Shown here: positions 1-9,582 of the stretch, piece after piece
Numbering within the stretch: position 1 is the stretch's first letter
Layout: each line of letters begins with the position of its first letter
From: an uncultured Syntrophomonadaceae bacterium
GTDB taxonomy: Bacteria > Bacillota > Dethiobacteria > DTU022
Assembly: GCA_964585925.1 (NCBI GenBank)
Contig: CAZPFS010000002.1
Location: 30,590 to 94,589, forward strand
DNA length: 64,000 nucleotides
Direction: 5' to 3'
Translations under genes and position numbers: made by a program
Notes under the pieces: generated by a model
The model's input: only the letters and a program-made list of their open reading frames with translations
Told to the model about the DNA's origin: nothing
The model's database searches: none

Positions 1-270
1 ACAGAATTTGAGGGACAGGAGGAAAACGGCGGGGCAGGCTCCCGCCCGGCAAACAATTCGCGGCAGGAGCTCCCCTTTGGCGGCGGCAGCGGAGGCGGGG
101 TATCGGTGCAGCCCGTTGCTTTCCTGGTGGTGGGGCAGGGGCAGGTACGCCTGCTGCCGGTGCATCCCCATGCCATGCTCGACCGGCTGATTGATCTTGC
201 TCCTCAGTTGATCAACCAGATTCAGGGGATGTTCAAAAAAGAAAGGGTCTCTGCCGGTGATCGCTACTAG
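1..270 (+). CDS. C-terminal part of a YtfJ/GerW-family sporulation protein; 5' end lies outside the window
   Basis: Frame 1 is open from position 1 to TAG at 268-270. It translates to ...PFGGGSGGGVSVQPVAFLVVGQGQVRLLPVHPHAMLDRLIDLAPQL..., which matches the conserved GGGxGxxVxPVAFLVV core I recall for the Spore_YtfJ family. It is not in the ORF track because the start is missing. Confidence 0.5.
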   Translation, partial: TEFEGQEENGGAGSRPANNSRQELPFGGGSGGGVSVQPVAFLVVGQGQVRLLPVHPHAMLDRLIDLAPQLINQIQGMFKKERVSAGDRY

Positions 271-399
271 TTACGTCTGCCGCCGGCGGTAAAAGGGGCT
301 GCCGGCAGCAAAGGTTAGTATACAAAACTCATAATTGATCCCGGCTTGGAATAAAAATAAATAATATCCATCGACCGGAGGGTACAGGGGTTTTTCTAG

Positions 400-1545
400 A
401 TGAGCAAATATTTTTCCGGCGTCCTTATTATCCTGCTGATCACAGTTCCGGGGTTGATCGCCCCCGTACAGGCCCGAGCGCAGGAAATGACGGTTAGCGC
501 CGAATCCGCGGTTCTGATGGACCGGGAATCCCGGAGAGTGCTGTGGGGGAAAGATATCCATCAGAGCCGGCCCATGGCCAGCGTTACCAAAATCATGACC
601 GCCCTGCTGGCCCTTGAGTTGGGCGATCAGTCGGAAATGGTGGTGGTTACTCCGGGTGCCGCCCGCACTGAGGGATCCTCCATATGGCTGGAGGAGGGGG
701 AGCGAAAAACCCTGGAGGAACTGGTTTACGGCCTGATGCTCTGTTCCGGCAATGATGCCGCGGTGGCTATTGCCGAACATCTGGCGGGCACGGTGGAGAA
801 TTTTGCCATACTCATGAATTGCAGAGCCAGGCAATTGGGGGCGCTGAATACCTGTTTTACAAACCCCCATGGCCTCCCGGATGACGATCATTACAGCACC
901 GCCTACGATCTGGCTCTCATTTCTTGCCAGGCACTGGGCAATCAAATATTTCAAAATATTGTGTCTACCGAGTGCCGGGTGATTACCTGGCCGGGTAACC
1001 GGGAAGGGCGATATTTACAAAATCAGAACCGGTTGTTGGAGACCTTTCCCGGGGCGGATGGGATCAAAACCGGTTGGACTCAAAAAGCGGGCCGGTGTTT
1101 GGCCGGATCGGCCACCAGAGACAATTGGCAACTGGTAACAGTGGTTCTGGATGCCCCCCAAATGTGGGAAGATGCCGCGGCACTCCTGAACTATGGTTAC
1201 CGCACCTATGCCCGGGAAAAAATATTTTCGGCCGGACAGATATTGGCACAAGCCCCGGTTGCAGGCGGAAATACGGCATATATACTGCTGACCGTGGATC
1301 AGGATTTGCAGTTGCCCCTTCTGCCGGGGGAAAAGGAAAAACTACAATATAAATGGAAAATGGCCGACGGTTATCCTTCCCCGATCTGCTCCGGGGATAA
1401 TCTAGGGCGGGTGGAAGTATATCTTGGTGGCTGCTGCCTGGGAAGGCTACAGTTAAAGGCGGCCCATGGAGTAGGGAAAGTGTCGTTCTGGAGCCGGTTT
1501 AGGCGGTTGTCCGGGCTGCTGCTTGGAGATGATGGGGGAAGGTGA
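400..1545 (+). CDS. dacB: D-alanyl-D-alanine carboxypeptidase, sporulation-type PBP5*
   Basis: N-terminal signal peptide, SVTKIMT (SxxK) motif, CSGND (SxN) motif, 381 aa, followed directly by spmA and spmB as in Bacillus. Confidence 0.85.
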   Translation: MSKYFSGVLIILLITVPGLIAPVQARAQEMTVSAESAVLMDRESRRVLWGKDIHQSRPMASVTKIMTALLALELGDQSEMVVVTPGAARTEGSSIWLEEGERKTLEELVYGLMLCSGNDAAVAIAEHLAGTVENFAILMNCRARQLGALNTCFTNPHGLPDDDHYSTAYDLALISCQALGNQIFQNIVSTECRVITWPGNREGRYLQNQNRLLETFPGADGIKTGWTQKAGRCLAGSATRDNWQLVTVVLDAPQMWEDAAALLNYGYRTYAREKIFSAGQILAQAPVAGGNTAYILLTVDQDLQLPLLPGEKEKLQYKWKMADGYPSPICSGDNLGRVEVYLGGCCLGRLQLKAAHGVGKVSFWSRFRRLSGLLLGDDGGR

Positions 1546-1579
1546 CCGGGGTTTAAATTTTCGATAAGGGGGTTCGGCT

Positions 1580-2164
1580 TTGGTAGGCTATCTCTGGGCG
1601 GCAATGATCTGTGTTAGCATATTGGTGGCTGGTTTGACCGGGAACATGTCCGTGATTACCCCCGGCATTTTTTCAGCGGCTGAACAGGCGGTAAGTCTGG
1701 TGATCGGGCTGATCAGTGTGATGGCTTTCTGGCTGGGAATCATGAAGCTGGTGGAACGATCGGGGCTGGTAGAGGTAATCAAAACATTACTTCGTCCCGC
1801 GGCGCGCCTGCTTTTTCCCGCAATTCCCCGCCATCATCCGGCAATGAGCGCCATCCTGATGAATATGAGCGCCAACCTGCTGGGAATGGGCAGCGCCGCT
1901 ACCCCGTTCGGGATCAAGGCCATGGAAGAGATGCAGGCTCTCAATATGCACCGAAAAACCGCCTCCAATGAAATGTGCACCTTTCTGGCTATTAACACTT
2001 CCAGTATAAGCCTTCTCCCGACCACCGTGATCGGTTTACGAGCAGCCGCAGGTTCGTTTAATCCTGCAGAGATAGTGGGCACAACCCTGGCCGCTTCCAT
2101 CTGCTCCTGCCTGGCGGCGTTGACGGCCGAACGGGTGCTGCGCGGGTGGGGAAAATTCAAATGA
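1580..2164 (+). CDS. spmA: spore maturation protein A, nucleoside-transporter-like membrane protein
   Basis: Polytopic membrane protein of 194 aa. It sits immediately after dacB and before spmB in the classic operon order. Confidence 0.8.
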   Translation: MVGYLWAAMICVSILVAGLTGNMSVITPGIFSAAEQAVSLVIGLISVMAFWLGIMKLVERSGLVEVIKTLLRPAARLLFPAIPRHHPAMSAILMNMSANLLGMGSAATPFGIKAMEEMQALNMHRKTASNEMCTFLAINTSSISLLPTTVIGLRAAAGSFNPAEIVGTTLAASICSCLAALTAERVLRGWGKFK

Positions 2165-2697
2165 TCGCCCATCTGATCAATATCATATCAGAATACGTAA
2201 TCCCGGTATTGATAATAACCGTGATCGCCTTTGCCCTTTACAACCGGGTCAATATTTTTGAAGTGTTTGTTGAAGGAGCCAAAGAGGGCTTTGGAATGGC
2301 CGTCCGGCTGATACCTTATTTGGTGGGGATGTTGGTGGCAATCGGCCTGCTCAGAGATTCGGGGGCAATGGAATTACTGGTGAATGCACTTTTACCGATC
2401 CTGGTAAAGCTGAATATCCCTCCCGAAATTATTCCGCTGGCAGTAATGCGCCCTATCTCCGGAAGCGGGGCGCTGGCGATCACGGCGGAGATACTGCAGC
2501 ACGATGGGCCCGACTCTTTTTTGGGCCGGGTTGCTTCCACCATGCAGGGCAGCACCGACACCACCTTGTATGTATTGACCGTATATTTCGGTTCGGTAGG
2601 GATTCAAAAGTCACGCCATGCCCTGGCGGCAGGACTGATCGGGGATCTGTGCGGATTTATCGCTTCGGTAATCATCTGCGGCGCCGCATTCAGGTAA
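2161..2697 (+). CDS. spmB: spore maturation protein B
   Basis: Membrane protein paired with spmA. The start is taken at the second in-frame ATG, MIAHLINIIS. The ORF track begins 15 nt earlier at 2146. Confidence 0.8.
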   Translation: MIAHLINIISEYVIPVLIITVIAFALYNRVNIFEVFVEGAKEGFGMAVRLIPYLVGMLVAIGLLRDSGAMELLVNALLPILVKLNIPPEIIPLAVMRPISGSGALAITAEILQHDGPDSFLGRVASTMQGSTDTTLYVLTVYFGSVGIQKSRHALAAGLIGDLCGFIASVIICGAAFR

Positions 2698-2742
2698 GCC
2701 GGGTCGGTAACCTGGCATTCGATTCCTTGCGGGGAGGTAAAA

Positions 2743-4029
2743 ATGAGCCGGTTGATAGTTGTGGGGGGAGGTTGGGCCGGTTGTTCGGCCGTGCTGTCTG
2801 CGGCCAAAAAAGGGCTGTCTGCAACCCTGGTTGAAAGAACGGATCGACTTCTTGGTTCGGGACTGGTCGGCGGGATCATGCGCAACAACGGGCGGTTCAC
2901 CGCTGCTGAAGAGCTAATAATGATGGGCGGCGGGGAACTGGTGGGACTCACCGACAGACTTTGCCGGCATGCAAACCTGAGTTTCCCCGGACACCGGCAT
3001 GCCTGGCTCTACGATATAGATAAAGTGGAAAAAGAAGTAGCCCGGCTGCTGAACAGGTGGCGGGTAGAGGTGAGGTATGAACAGAGGGCGGTTGAAGTGG
3101 AGTTGTCCGGAAAAAGGATACTGGCGGTAAAATTGGCGGATGGCACCCAATTAAAAGGGGAAGTCTTTATTGATGCCAGCGGTACCGCCGGGCCGATGGC
3201 CAACTGCCGGCGATTTGGAAATGGCTGCAGCATGTGCATTTTTCGATGTCCCCTGTTTGGCCCCCGGGTAAGCATAGCCCTGAAAGCGGGTTTGAAAGAG
3301 AGGGTGATCACCAGGGATGATCGCCAGCCCGGTTTTTTCAGTGGTTCCTGTGAACTGGAACCCCGCTCTCTGTCCGGCCGGCTGCTGGCGGAGGTAAGGG
3401 AGAAAGGAGCCGTGGCAGTTCCGGTTCCTCGGGAGCTGCGCCCCATGGAGCCGGGAAACACCCTGCTGAAGGTCAAGGCCTGTCATCAATACACCCTGCA
3501 AGAATATGAGGATAACCTGATCCTGCTGGATACCGGGCCGGTAAAGCTGATGATCCCTTATTTCAACCTGCAAAAATTACGCCGTCTGGAAGGATTCAAT
3601 GGGGCTGTGTTCAAGGATCCCTTGGGAGGAGGCAGAGGCAATTCCATCAGATTTACCTCCTCCATTGAAGTGAATGACAGTTTGCTGGTGCCGCCATTTA
3701 CGAACCTGTTTGCCGCCGGGGAAAGGGCGGGCCTGATGGTGGGCCACACGGAGGCAATGGTTACCGGCACCCTGGCCGGTTACAATGCGTGGAGGCTGGC
3801 CAGGGGAGAAAAGCTGTTGATCCTGCCCCGGGATACGGCCTGCGGCGAACTTATTGCCTATGCCCGGAAACAGGGCTCCACCCCCATGGGGCGGCGGGAA
3901 ATGTACACCCTTTCGGGGGGATCGCTCTGGGAAAAACTTCTGGGCAAGGGCCTTTATGCCACTGAACCGGAAAAATTGAGCCCGCGCCTGGCAAAGGCCG
4001 GTCTGCTCGGGATATTTAACCCCGATTAA
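2743..4029 (+). CDS. FAD/NAD(P)-binding oxidoreductase with internal Cys cluster, family uncertain
   Basis: N-terminal GGGWAGCSAV dinucleotide-binding motif. Internal CRRFGNGCSMCIFRCP resembles a Cx7Cx2Cx3CP Fe-S-like motif. 428 aa. Confidence 0.5.
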   Translation: MSRLIVVGGGWAGCSAVLSAAKKGLSATLVERTDRLLGSGLVGGIMRNNGRFTAAEELIMMGGGELVGLTDRLCRHANLSFPGHRHAWLYDIDKVEKEVARLLNRWRVEVRYEQRAVEVELSGKRILAVKLADGTQLKGEVFIDASGTAGPMANCRRFGNGCSMCIFRCPLFGPRVSIALKAGLKERVITRDDRQPGFFSGSCELEPRSLSGRLLAEVREKGAVAVPVPRELRPMEPGNTLLKVKACHQYTLQEYEDNLILLDTGPVKLMIPYFNLQKLRRLEGFNGAVFKDPLGGGRGNSIRFTSSIEVNDSLLVPPFTNLFAAGERAGLMVGHTEAMVTGTLAGYNAWRLARGEKLLILPRDTACGELIAYARKQGSTPMGRREMYTLSGGSLWEKLLGKGLYATEPEKLSPRLAKAGLLGIFNPD

Positions 4030-4095
4030 CCGCTAGTTGTTATATAATAATTCCAAGGAAAACCAGCGATCATATATTCGGGAGGACAATTTGAT

Positions 4096-4821
4096 TTGCG
4101 CCTGAATAAATTACTGGCCCGGGCGGGAGTTGCTTCCCGCCGCAGAGCAGAACAACTTATTGCCGGGAACAGGGTAAGGGTAAACGGGAATGTGGTGACC
4201 GAACCCTTTGCCCGGGTGAACCCCGGCGATGAGATCACTGTCGACGGGGTCAGACTTCCAAAACCGGAATCAAAAACGTATTTGTTGCTCAACAAACCCA
4301 TGGGCTATCTGTCTACCGTAACCGATCCTCATGGTCGAAAAACGGTACTGGATTTGTTGCCGTCACGGGAGACGAGGCTTTACCCGGTAGGACGCCTGGA
4401 TATCGATACTGAAGGGCTTCTTTTGATCACCAACGATGGAGAACTGGCCTATCGCCTGACTCATCCCAGGTTCCAGGTTCCCCGAACCTATCGGGCACTG
4501 GTCAGGGGGGTGCCCACGGAAAATGAAATACGGCAGCTCAGATCCGGCGTAATAATAGAGGGCAACCTCACCGCTCCGGCAAGGGTCAGACTGCGGAAAA
4601 GGGAAGGCACACTGGGCTCCTGGCTGGAAATAACCATTCATGAGGGACGGAAAAGGCAGGTAAAAAACATGTGTGCCGCTATTGGGCACCCCGTGATCAG
4701 GCTTTGCCGGACCGGATTTGCCCAACTAAAAATTACGGGCCTCAGGACCGGAAAGCACCGCCCGCTGACAGGGGCGGAAATAGATGCCCTTTATCGAACG
4801 GTGGGCCTCAAACGCGAATGA
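4096..4821 (+). CDS. rluB: 23S rRNA pseudouridine synthase B (RsuA/RluB family)
   Basis: S4 domain at the N-terminus, then catalytic RLDIDTEGLLLITNDG motif. TTG start 9 nt after a GGGAGGA RBS. Confidence 0.85.
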   Translation: MRLNKLLARAGVASRRRAEQLIAGNRVRVNGNVVTEPFARVNPGDEITVDGVRLPKPESKTYLLLNKPMGYLSTVTDPHGRKTVLDLLPSRETRLYPVGRLDIDTEGLLLITNDGELAYRLTHPRFQVPRTYRALVRGVPTENEIRQLRSGVIIEGNLTAPARVRLRKREGTLGSWLEITIHEGRKRQVKNMCAAIGHPVIRLCRTGFAQLKITGLRTGKHRPLTGAEIDALYRTVGLKRE

Positions 4822-4904
4822 GCGGAGAATTATCGGCGCCGGGTTCCCCGGCCCCGATTTGGCCCACTTGAATATTTGCCGGGTATGAAATATAATTTAA
4901 TAAG

Positions 4905-5075
4905 CGATAGCCCTTGCAGGTGCTGTCTGACAGTTAACAGGGAAGCAGGTGCAAAACCTGCGCGGTCGCGCCACTGTAACCGGGATCCATGGTCAGCTAA
5001 CCACTCCGCCCAAACCGCGGGGGAAGGAGACCCTGGAGATGAGCGGAAGCCAGGAAACCTGCCTGCAGGCCACGT
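4905..5075 (+). promoter_or_regulatory. cobalamin (B12) riboswitch aptamer upstream of ABC importer
   Basis: Contains AGGGAAGCAGGTGCAAAACCTGCGCGGTCGCGCCACTGTAACCGGGA, carrying the conserved GCCACTG B12 box and a downstream GGGAAGG element. A P1-like GCAGGTGC...GCCTGCAGG closes the structure. It sits 220 nt upstream of a BtuF-like binding protein. Boundaries are approximate. Confidence 0.65.
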
Positions 5076-5294
5076 ACTCAGCCTTCGCGAAAAAAAGGAG
5101 GTGCGTCTAGAATGAAATATTTTCAGTCCGGGTTTATCTGGCCGGGCTTTTTTATGGCCCCGGCAGCGCCATTAATGCACTCGGTCGGATTTCTCAGTAC
5201 TTCCACCTAGTTGTCAGGGCGGACGAACTTCTCCGCCCGCAGGTGATCCCCCCGTTTTTTTGATACGTTTGTTTTGTAAAGGAGAATTTAAGGG

Positions 5295-6194
5295 ATGACC
5301 AAAAAAAATATAATAATAACCCTGACTGCGTTGTCGATCCTGGTGTTTTTATCCGCCTTTTCAGCTGGTTGTGACCAGATTTCTTTTTCAGCAGAAACTG
5401 TAAAAGATGATCAGGGACGAGAAATTACCCTGACCGGACCGCCGGAAAGAATAATTTCACTCATGCCCGGCAAGACTGAAAAATTGTTTGCGCTTGGGTT
5501 GGGTGACAAGGTAATCGGTATTACCGATTTATGCAATTTTCCGCCCGAATTGGAGGAAAAAAACATTGCCCGGGTAGGCGACGCCTTTAATCTGAGCCTG
5601 GAAACAATCGTTGCCCTCGAGCCGGATCTGGTTGTTGCCAACTGGCTTCCGGAAGGTATGGGCGATCAGCTGGGTTTATTGGGAATACCGGTGTTTTTGA
5701 CCGCCCCTGCCGGAGTGGAAGACACCTTTGACAGTATTTTGCGTCTGGGGAAGCTGACCGGCAAACAGGGGGCGGCGGAAAAGCTGGTGACCGGCATGAG
5801 GGAATCGATCGGGGAAATCACTGAACTGACCCTGAGTATTAAACCCTCCCACCGGCAAACAGTGTTGTGTCTTTTGGACGAAACCCTGTTTGTAGCGGGA
5901 AAAGGCACTTTGCAAGATGAACTGATCACCCTTGCCGGAGGGATAAATGTGGTGAATGAATCCGGCTGGGTTGAGCTGAGCGAGGAGACTCTGCTGCTGT
6001 TGAATCCGGATGTAATGTTATATACCTTCCCTGATGCCGAAAAGCTGCTGTCCAGACCGGAATGGCAGGTGTTGAGATGCATCAAGCTGGGGAAAGTCTA
6101 CAAACTGGACGAGGATCTTTCCTCCAGAACCGGCCCCCGGCTGGGCGCAGCCGCCAAAGAAATATATGGCTTGCTTTATCCTGAAAACCGGTAG
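5295..6194 (+). CDS. ABC transporter periplasmic binding protein, BtuF/FecB class (cobalamin or siderophore)
   Basis: Lipoprotein-like signal ending ...LSAFSAGC. Class III substrate-binding-protein fold signature. Follows a B12 riboswitch. Confidence 0.8.
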   Translation: MTKKNIIITLTALSILVFLSAFSAGCDQISFSAETVKDDQGREITLTGPPERIISLMPGKTEKLFALGLGDKVIGITDLCNFPPELEEKNIARVGDAFNLSLETIVALEPDLVVANWLPEGMGDQLGLLGIPVFLTAPAGVEDTFDSILRLGKLTGKQGAAEKLVTGMRESIGEITELTLSIKPSHRQTVLCLLDETLFVAGKGTLQDELITLAGGINVVNESGWVELSEETLLLLNPDVMLYTFPDAEKLLSRPEWQVLRCIKLGKVYKLDEDLSSRTGPRLGAAAKEIYGLLYPENR

Positions 6195-6204
6195 GGGTGC
6201 GCAG

Positions 6205-7230
6205 ATGCGGGGGAAAAAAACAATTTTCATATTGGCGCTGGCCGGACTCTGCCTGTTGGTGATGCTGTTTTCCCTTGGTATCGGGGCGGTGCATATTGCT
6301 CCCCTGGAAACGGTGAACATAATTATCAGGCGCCTGGCGTTTCAACCGGCGGAAGTGGTTGCCGATACCAGAGAGGCAATTATCTGGCATCTTCGCCTGC
6401 CCCGGATCATGCTGGGTTTTCTGGTGGGGGCTTCGCTGGCGGTGGCCGGGGCGTCTTTTCAGGGGCTGCTGCAGAACCCGCTTGCCGATCCCTATACCCT
6501 GGGTGTTTCCAGCGGCGCCGCCCTGGGAGCCACCGTCGCCATACTTTTTCTGCCAAATAATGCCGGCGCGTCGCTTCCCATTCCGCTGTTTGGCTTCATG
6601 GGGGGGCTGCTGGCGCTATTTATTGTCTATCGTTTGGGGAGGGTTTCCGGACGTCTGCCGGTGGTTACGGTTCTCCTGGCGGGGGTGGTGATCAGCTCTT
6701 TTTTTTCAGCACTGATCTCGCTGAGCATGATCTTTGCCGGCCAGCAGCTGCGAACTGTTTATTTTTGGCTGGCCGGGGGTCTCTCCCTGAAGGGATGGCC
6801 CTATGTATTTTTGATTATCCCCTACTTCATAGCTGGAATGGGAATTCTGCTCTATTATGCCGGCGATCTGAATTTGATTTTGCTGGGTGAGGAAAACGCA
6901 CTCAGCTCGGGGGTAGAGGTGGAAAAGGTAAAAAAAATTGTGCTGGCAGCCGCCTCCCTGATCACGGCCGGAGCAGTATCCGTAAGCGGTATGATTGGTT
7001 TCGTGGGGTTGATAGTTCCGCACGCCATGCGAATTGTGTTGGGACCCGATCACCGGCTGCTCCTGCCTGCCTCCGCCCTTGGCGGGGGGTTGTTCCTGGT
7101 GGGGGTGGATACCGCCGCCCGCACGGCAATGGCGCCGCTGGAGATACCGGTAGGGATCGTCACTGCATTTTTGGGAGCTCCTTTTTTTGTGTTGCTGCTG
7201 AAGCGCTGCCGGGACAAATATCTTTTTTAG
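6205..7230 (+). CDS. FecCD/BtuC-family ABC permease
   Basis: Polytopic membrane protein of about 340 aa with FecCD-type conserved Gly-rich segments. Start taken at the internal ATG after the RBS so it does not overlap the binding protein. Confidence 0.8.
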   Translation: MRGKKTIFILALAGLCLLVMLFSLGIGAVHIAPLETVNIIIRRLAFQPAEVVADTREAIIWHLRLPRIMLGFLVGASLAVAGASFQGLLQNPLADPYTLGVSSGAALGATVAILFLPNNAGASLPIPLFGFMGGLLALFIVYRLGRVSGRLPVVTVLLAGVVISSFFSALISLSMIFAGQQLRTVYFWLAGGLSLKGWPYVFLIIPYFIAGMGILLYYAGDLNLILLGEENALSSGVEVEKVKKIVLAAASLITAGAVSVSGMIGFVGLIVPHAMRIVLGPDHRLLLPASALGGGLFLVGVDTAARTAMAPLEIPVGIVTAFLGAPFFVLLLKRCRDKYLF

Positions 7231-7243
7231 AACAGGTGAGAAT

Positions 7244-8050
7244 ATGGAGGCAGGGATCAAACTTTGCGGGGTTTGTTTCAGCTACGGCGCGAACGAGGTA
7301 CTGACTGATATCAGTTTCGAAGTGGAATGCGGCGATTTTGTGGGTCTGGTCGGACCCAACGGCAGCGGCAAATCCACCCTGCTCAAGAACATGGCCGGAG
7401 TGCTGCGCCCTTTCCGGGGGGAAATATATGTTAACCACACTGAAATCAGGCGCTACCGGAGGCTGGATCTGGCCCGGATGATATCCATGGTAGGCCAGGA
7501 TCAGCATGCGGGCTTTAATTTCCTGGTGGAACAGGTGGTGGAAACCGGAAGGTTTCCTTACCGGGGGAAACTTGCGCTGTTGACGGAAGCGGAACGGCAA
7601 ACGGTGGAACGGGCCATGCATCTCACCGGGTGCCACCATCTGAGAGGACGGGATCTGTTTTCCCTGAGCGGGGGCGAGCGCAGGCGGGTGTTTCTGGCCA
7701 GGGCGCTGGCTCAGGAAACACCCTTGCTGTTGCTTGATGAGCCAACGGTATTTTTGGATATCGCCTACCAATTTGAGCTTCTGGAACTTCTGCAGGAGTT
7801 GAATGCCCGGGAAAAACTTACCGTGGTGGCGGTAATGCATGATCTCAATCTGGCTTCACGTTATTGTGGCAAGCTGTTCATGCTTGACCGGGGAAAATTG
7901 TTTGATCATGGTTCTCCGGCAAAAGTCCTGACCGGGGACAACCTGTCGCAGGTCTACCGTACGGAATTTATGGTGAAACCACATCCGTTGGGAAATTTTC
8001 CCTTAATAATTCCCGTTTCACCCCGGGGCACTGTTCATGGATCAATCTGA
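7244..8050 (+). CDS. ABC transporter ATP-binding protein (FecE/BtuD-like)
   Basis: Walker A GPNGSGKST, signature LSGGERRRV, Walker B LLLLDEP. Confidence 0.85.
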   Translation: MEAGIKLCGVCFSYGANEVLTDISFEVECGDFVGLVGPNGSGKSTLLKNMAGVLRPFRGEIYVNHTEIRRYRRLDLARMISMVGQDQHAGFNFLVEQVVETGRFPYRGKLALLTEAERQTVERAMHLTGCHHLRGRDLFSLSGGERRRVFLARALAQETPLLLLDEPTVFLDIAYQFELLELLQELNAREKLTVVAVMHDLNLASRYCGKLFMLDRGKLFDHGSPAKVLTGDNLSQVYRTEFMVKPHPLGNFPLIIPVSPRGTVHGSI

Positions 8051-8297
8051 CCTGAAACCGGCCTGTTCCCCAGATCCTGTTCTTCCCGCGGAAACGTAGA
8101 TTTTTCCCTTAAGCCTTCATTGGGACGGACCCGGTAAAATGCAGGAATTTGGAGTTATTTATCGAATTAAGGGAAAGGATAGGCACATGGGAAATTGGGT
8201 AAGGCGTTTTTTAGCGGGGAAAGAATGTTTGGCCAATATGAATCCCCGCCCCTGACGAATGTGCCGATATCAATTCTGCCAACGGGGAGTCTTAACA

Positions 8298-8804
8298 ATG
8301 GGTATATACATATCACCGCTCGATACCAAACCGCCGGAAACAGGGATCGCCGAGAACATGGGGATCACGGAAAAAAGAGCGGAACAGTTTGAAAAGGTCA
8401 GGGTTAGAATTCGGTTTGATTATCGGGGCACACCCCGTCCCGCCCGTTTTTTTTTCGGGGGGAAGGGTACAAAAGAGGTGGCCGAGGAACGGCGGGACAA
8501 GCAGGCCGCCATGTGGAGAAACGTCCCCCTGCAGGGAATTCAGGTGGAGGATATTTCCTACCTGGATCTGTACACGGTATATGAAAACACCGATGAAGCC
8601 GAAATTGCGTACGCCCCTCTTGAACTTTTGATTTCGCTTGATTCCCTGGAGGACAGTTTTCAGTTTATCAGCCGCAATGAATTCAAGCGGTTGCAGGTTG
8701 TGGAACCGGATCAGATAAACCTTACCGGCCGTGAACTGGAGCGGATTCTTTTCAAATTCAGCGAAACCATTCAGCACAAATTGCAGGAACAGGAAGAAGG
8801 TTAA
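8298..8804 (+). CDS. hypothetical protein
   Basis: ORF of 168 aa from the internal ATG, preceded by a GGGGAG RBS. No recognisable motif. Confidence 0.35.
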   Translation: MGIYISPLDTKPPETGIAENMGITEKRAEQFEKVRVRIRFDYRGTPRPARFFFGGKGTKEVAEERRDKQAAMWRNVPLQGIQVEDISYLDLYTVYENTDEAEIAYAPLELLISLDSLEDSFQFISRNEFKRLQVVEPDQINLTGRELERILFKFSETIQHKLQEQEEG

Positions 8805-8865
8805 CCGCAGCGCGATGAGAGGTATAAAAACCTCCCCTTGACATAACATTACCGGGGAGGTAAAT

Positions 8866-9057
8866 ATGAATATTCTGCTGCGCTGGTTTAACGTATTTTC
8901 ATCAGTGGTGGAGCGTTATTTATGGAGCGCCGTTTTGATCGCACTAGCCCTTACCGTGGCCGGTCAGGCCGTATTGACCACCGAGAGGGGGCGCCGGTTG
9001 CTTAACCCGGTGGAATCTTTGGAGGGCGTTCCCTGGCCTCCGGAAGACGCAAATTAA
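8866..9057 (+). CDS. small hypothetical membrane protein
   Basis: 63 aa with one hydrophobic helix (AVLIALALTVAGQAVL). Its RBS lies inside a 7-bp hairpin. Confidence 0.3.
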   Translation: MNILLRWFNVFSSVVERYLWSAVLIALALTVAGQAVLTTERGRRLLNPVESLEGVPWPPEDAN

Positions 9058-9120
9058 AACCCCTTTCCGGGCAGGCCAGTCAAAACCTTTGCGGATTGCC
9101 AGAACTGGAGGGATCAAAGC

Positions 9121-9501
9121 TTGATCAGGGGAATCAGAGGAGCCACAACCACGCCGGCCAATGATGCCGGCGAGATTATCAAATCAACCCAATTGTTGCT
9201 GGAAAAGATGATAGAAGCCAATCATCTGGATAAAAACGATGTAGCTGCAGTTTTCTTTTCTGCCACCCCCGATCTCGATCAGGTTTTTCCGGCCAAAGCG
9301 GCCCGATTGCTGGGCTGGCATGATGTTCCCCTCATGTGCCAGGTAGAGATAGACGTTCCCGGAGCCCTGCCTCGCTGTATTCGGATCATGATGCTGGTCA
9401 ATACAGAACTGCAACAAAAAGAGATTCGCCATGTTTATCTGGGCCAGGCCAAAAAACTGAGGGCAGATCTTTTTTCCGCAGGAGATAGTAGCGAAATCTA
9501 A
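9121..9501 (+). CDS. aroH: monofunctional chorismate mutase, AroH class
   Basis: (M)IRGIRGATT...ATPDLDQVFPAKAAR...CIRIMMLV aligns almost residue-for-residue with Bacillus subtilis AroH. TTG start. Confidence 0.85.
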   Translation: MIRGIRGATTTPANDAGEIIKSTQLLLEKMIEANHLDKNDVAAVFFSATPDLDQVFPAKAARLLGWHDVPLMCQVEIDVPGALPRCIRIMMLVNTELQQKEIRHVYLGQAKKLRADLFSAGDSSEI

Positions 9502-9582
9502 TTTATTTTCAAAACGGATAAATTTAAGGGCTTTCATAAAATATTTAAAGGAAATTTCAGGTTTTACCTCGAAACTAATATC

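Noticed and set aside
271-954. 227-aa minus-strand ORF
   Set aside because: It lies entirely antisense to dacB, whose protein has clear PBP motifs. It is a shadow ORF typical of GC-rich coding DNA.
4876-5115. 79-aa + strand ORF
   Set aside because: It sits inside the cobalamin riboswitch aptamer. It has no RBS and its composition is dictated by the RNA structure.
8836-8865. TTGACA-N17-TAAATA as a promoter for the small ORF at 8866
   Set aside because: The putative -10 abuts the start codon, so transcription would begin inside the ORF. The element is read instead as an RBS-sequestering hairpin.
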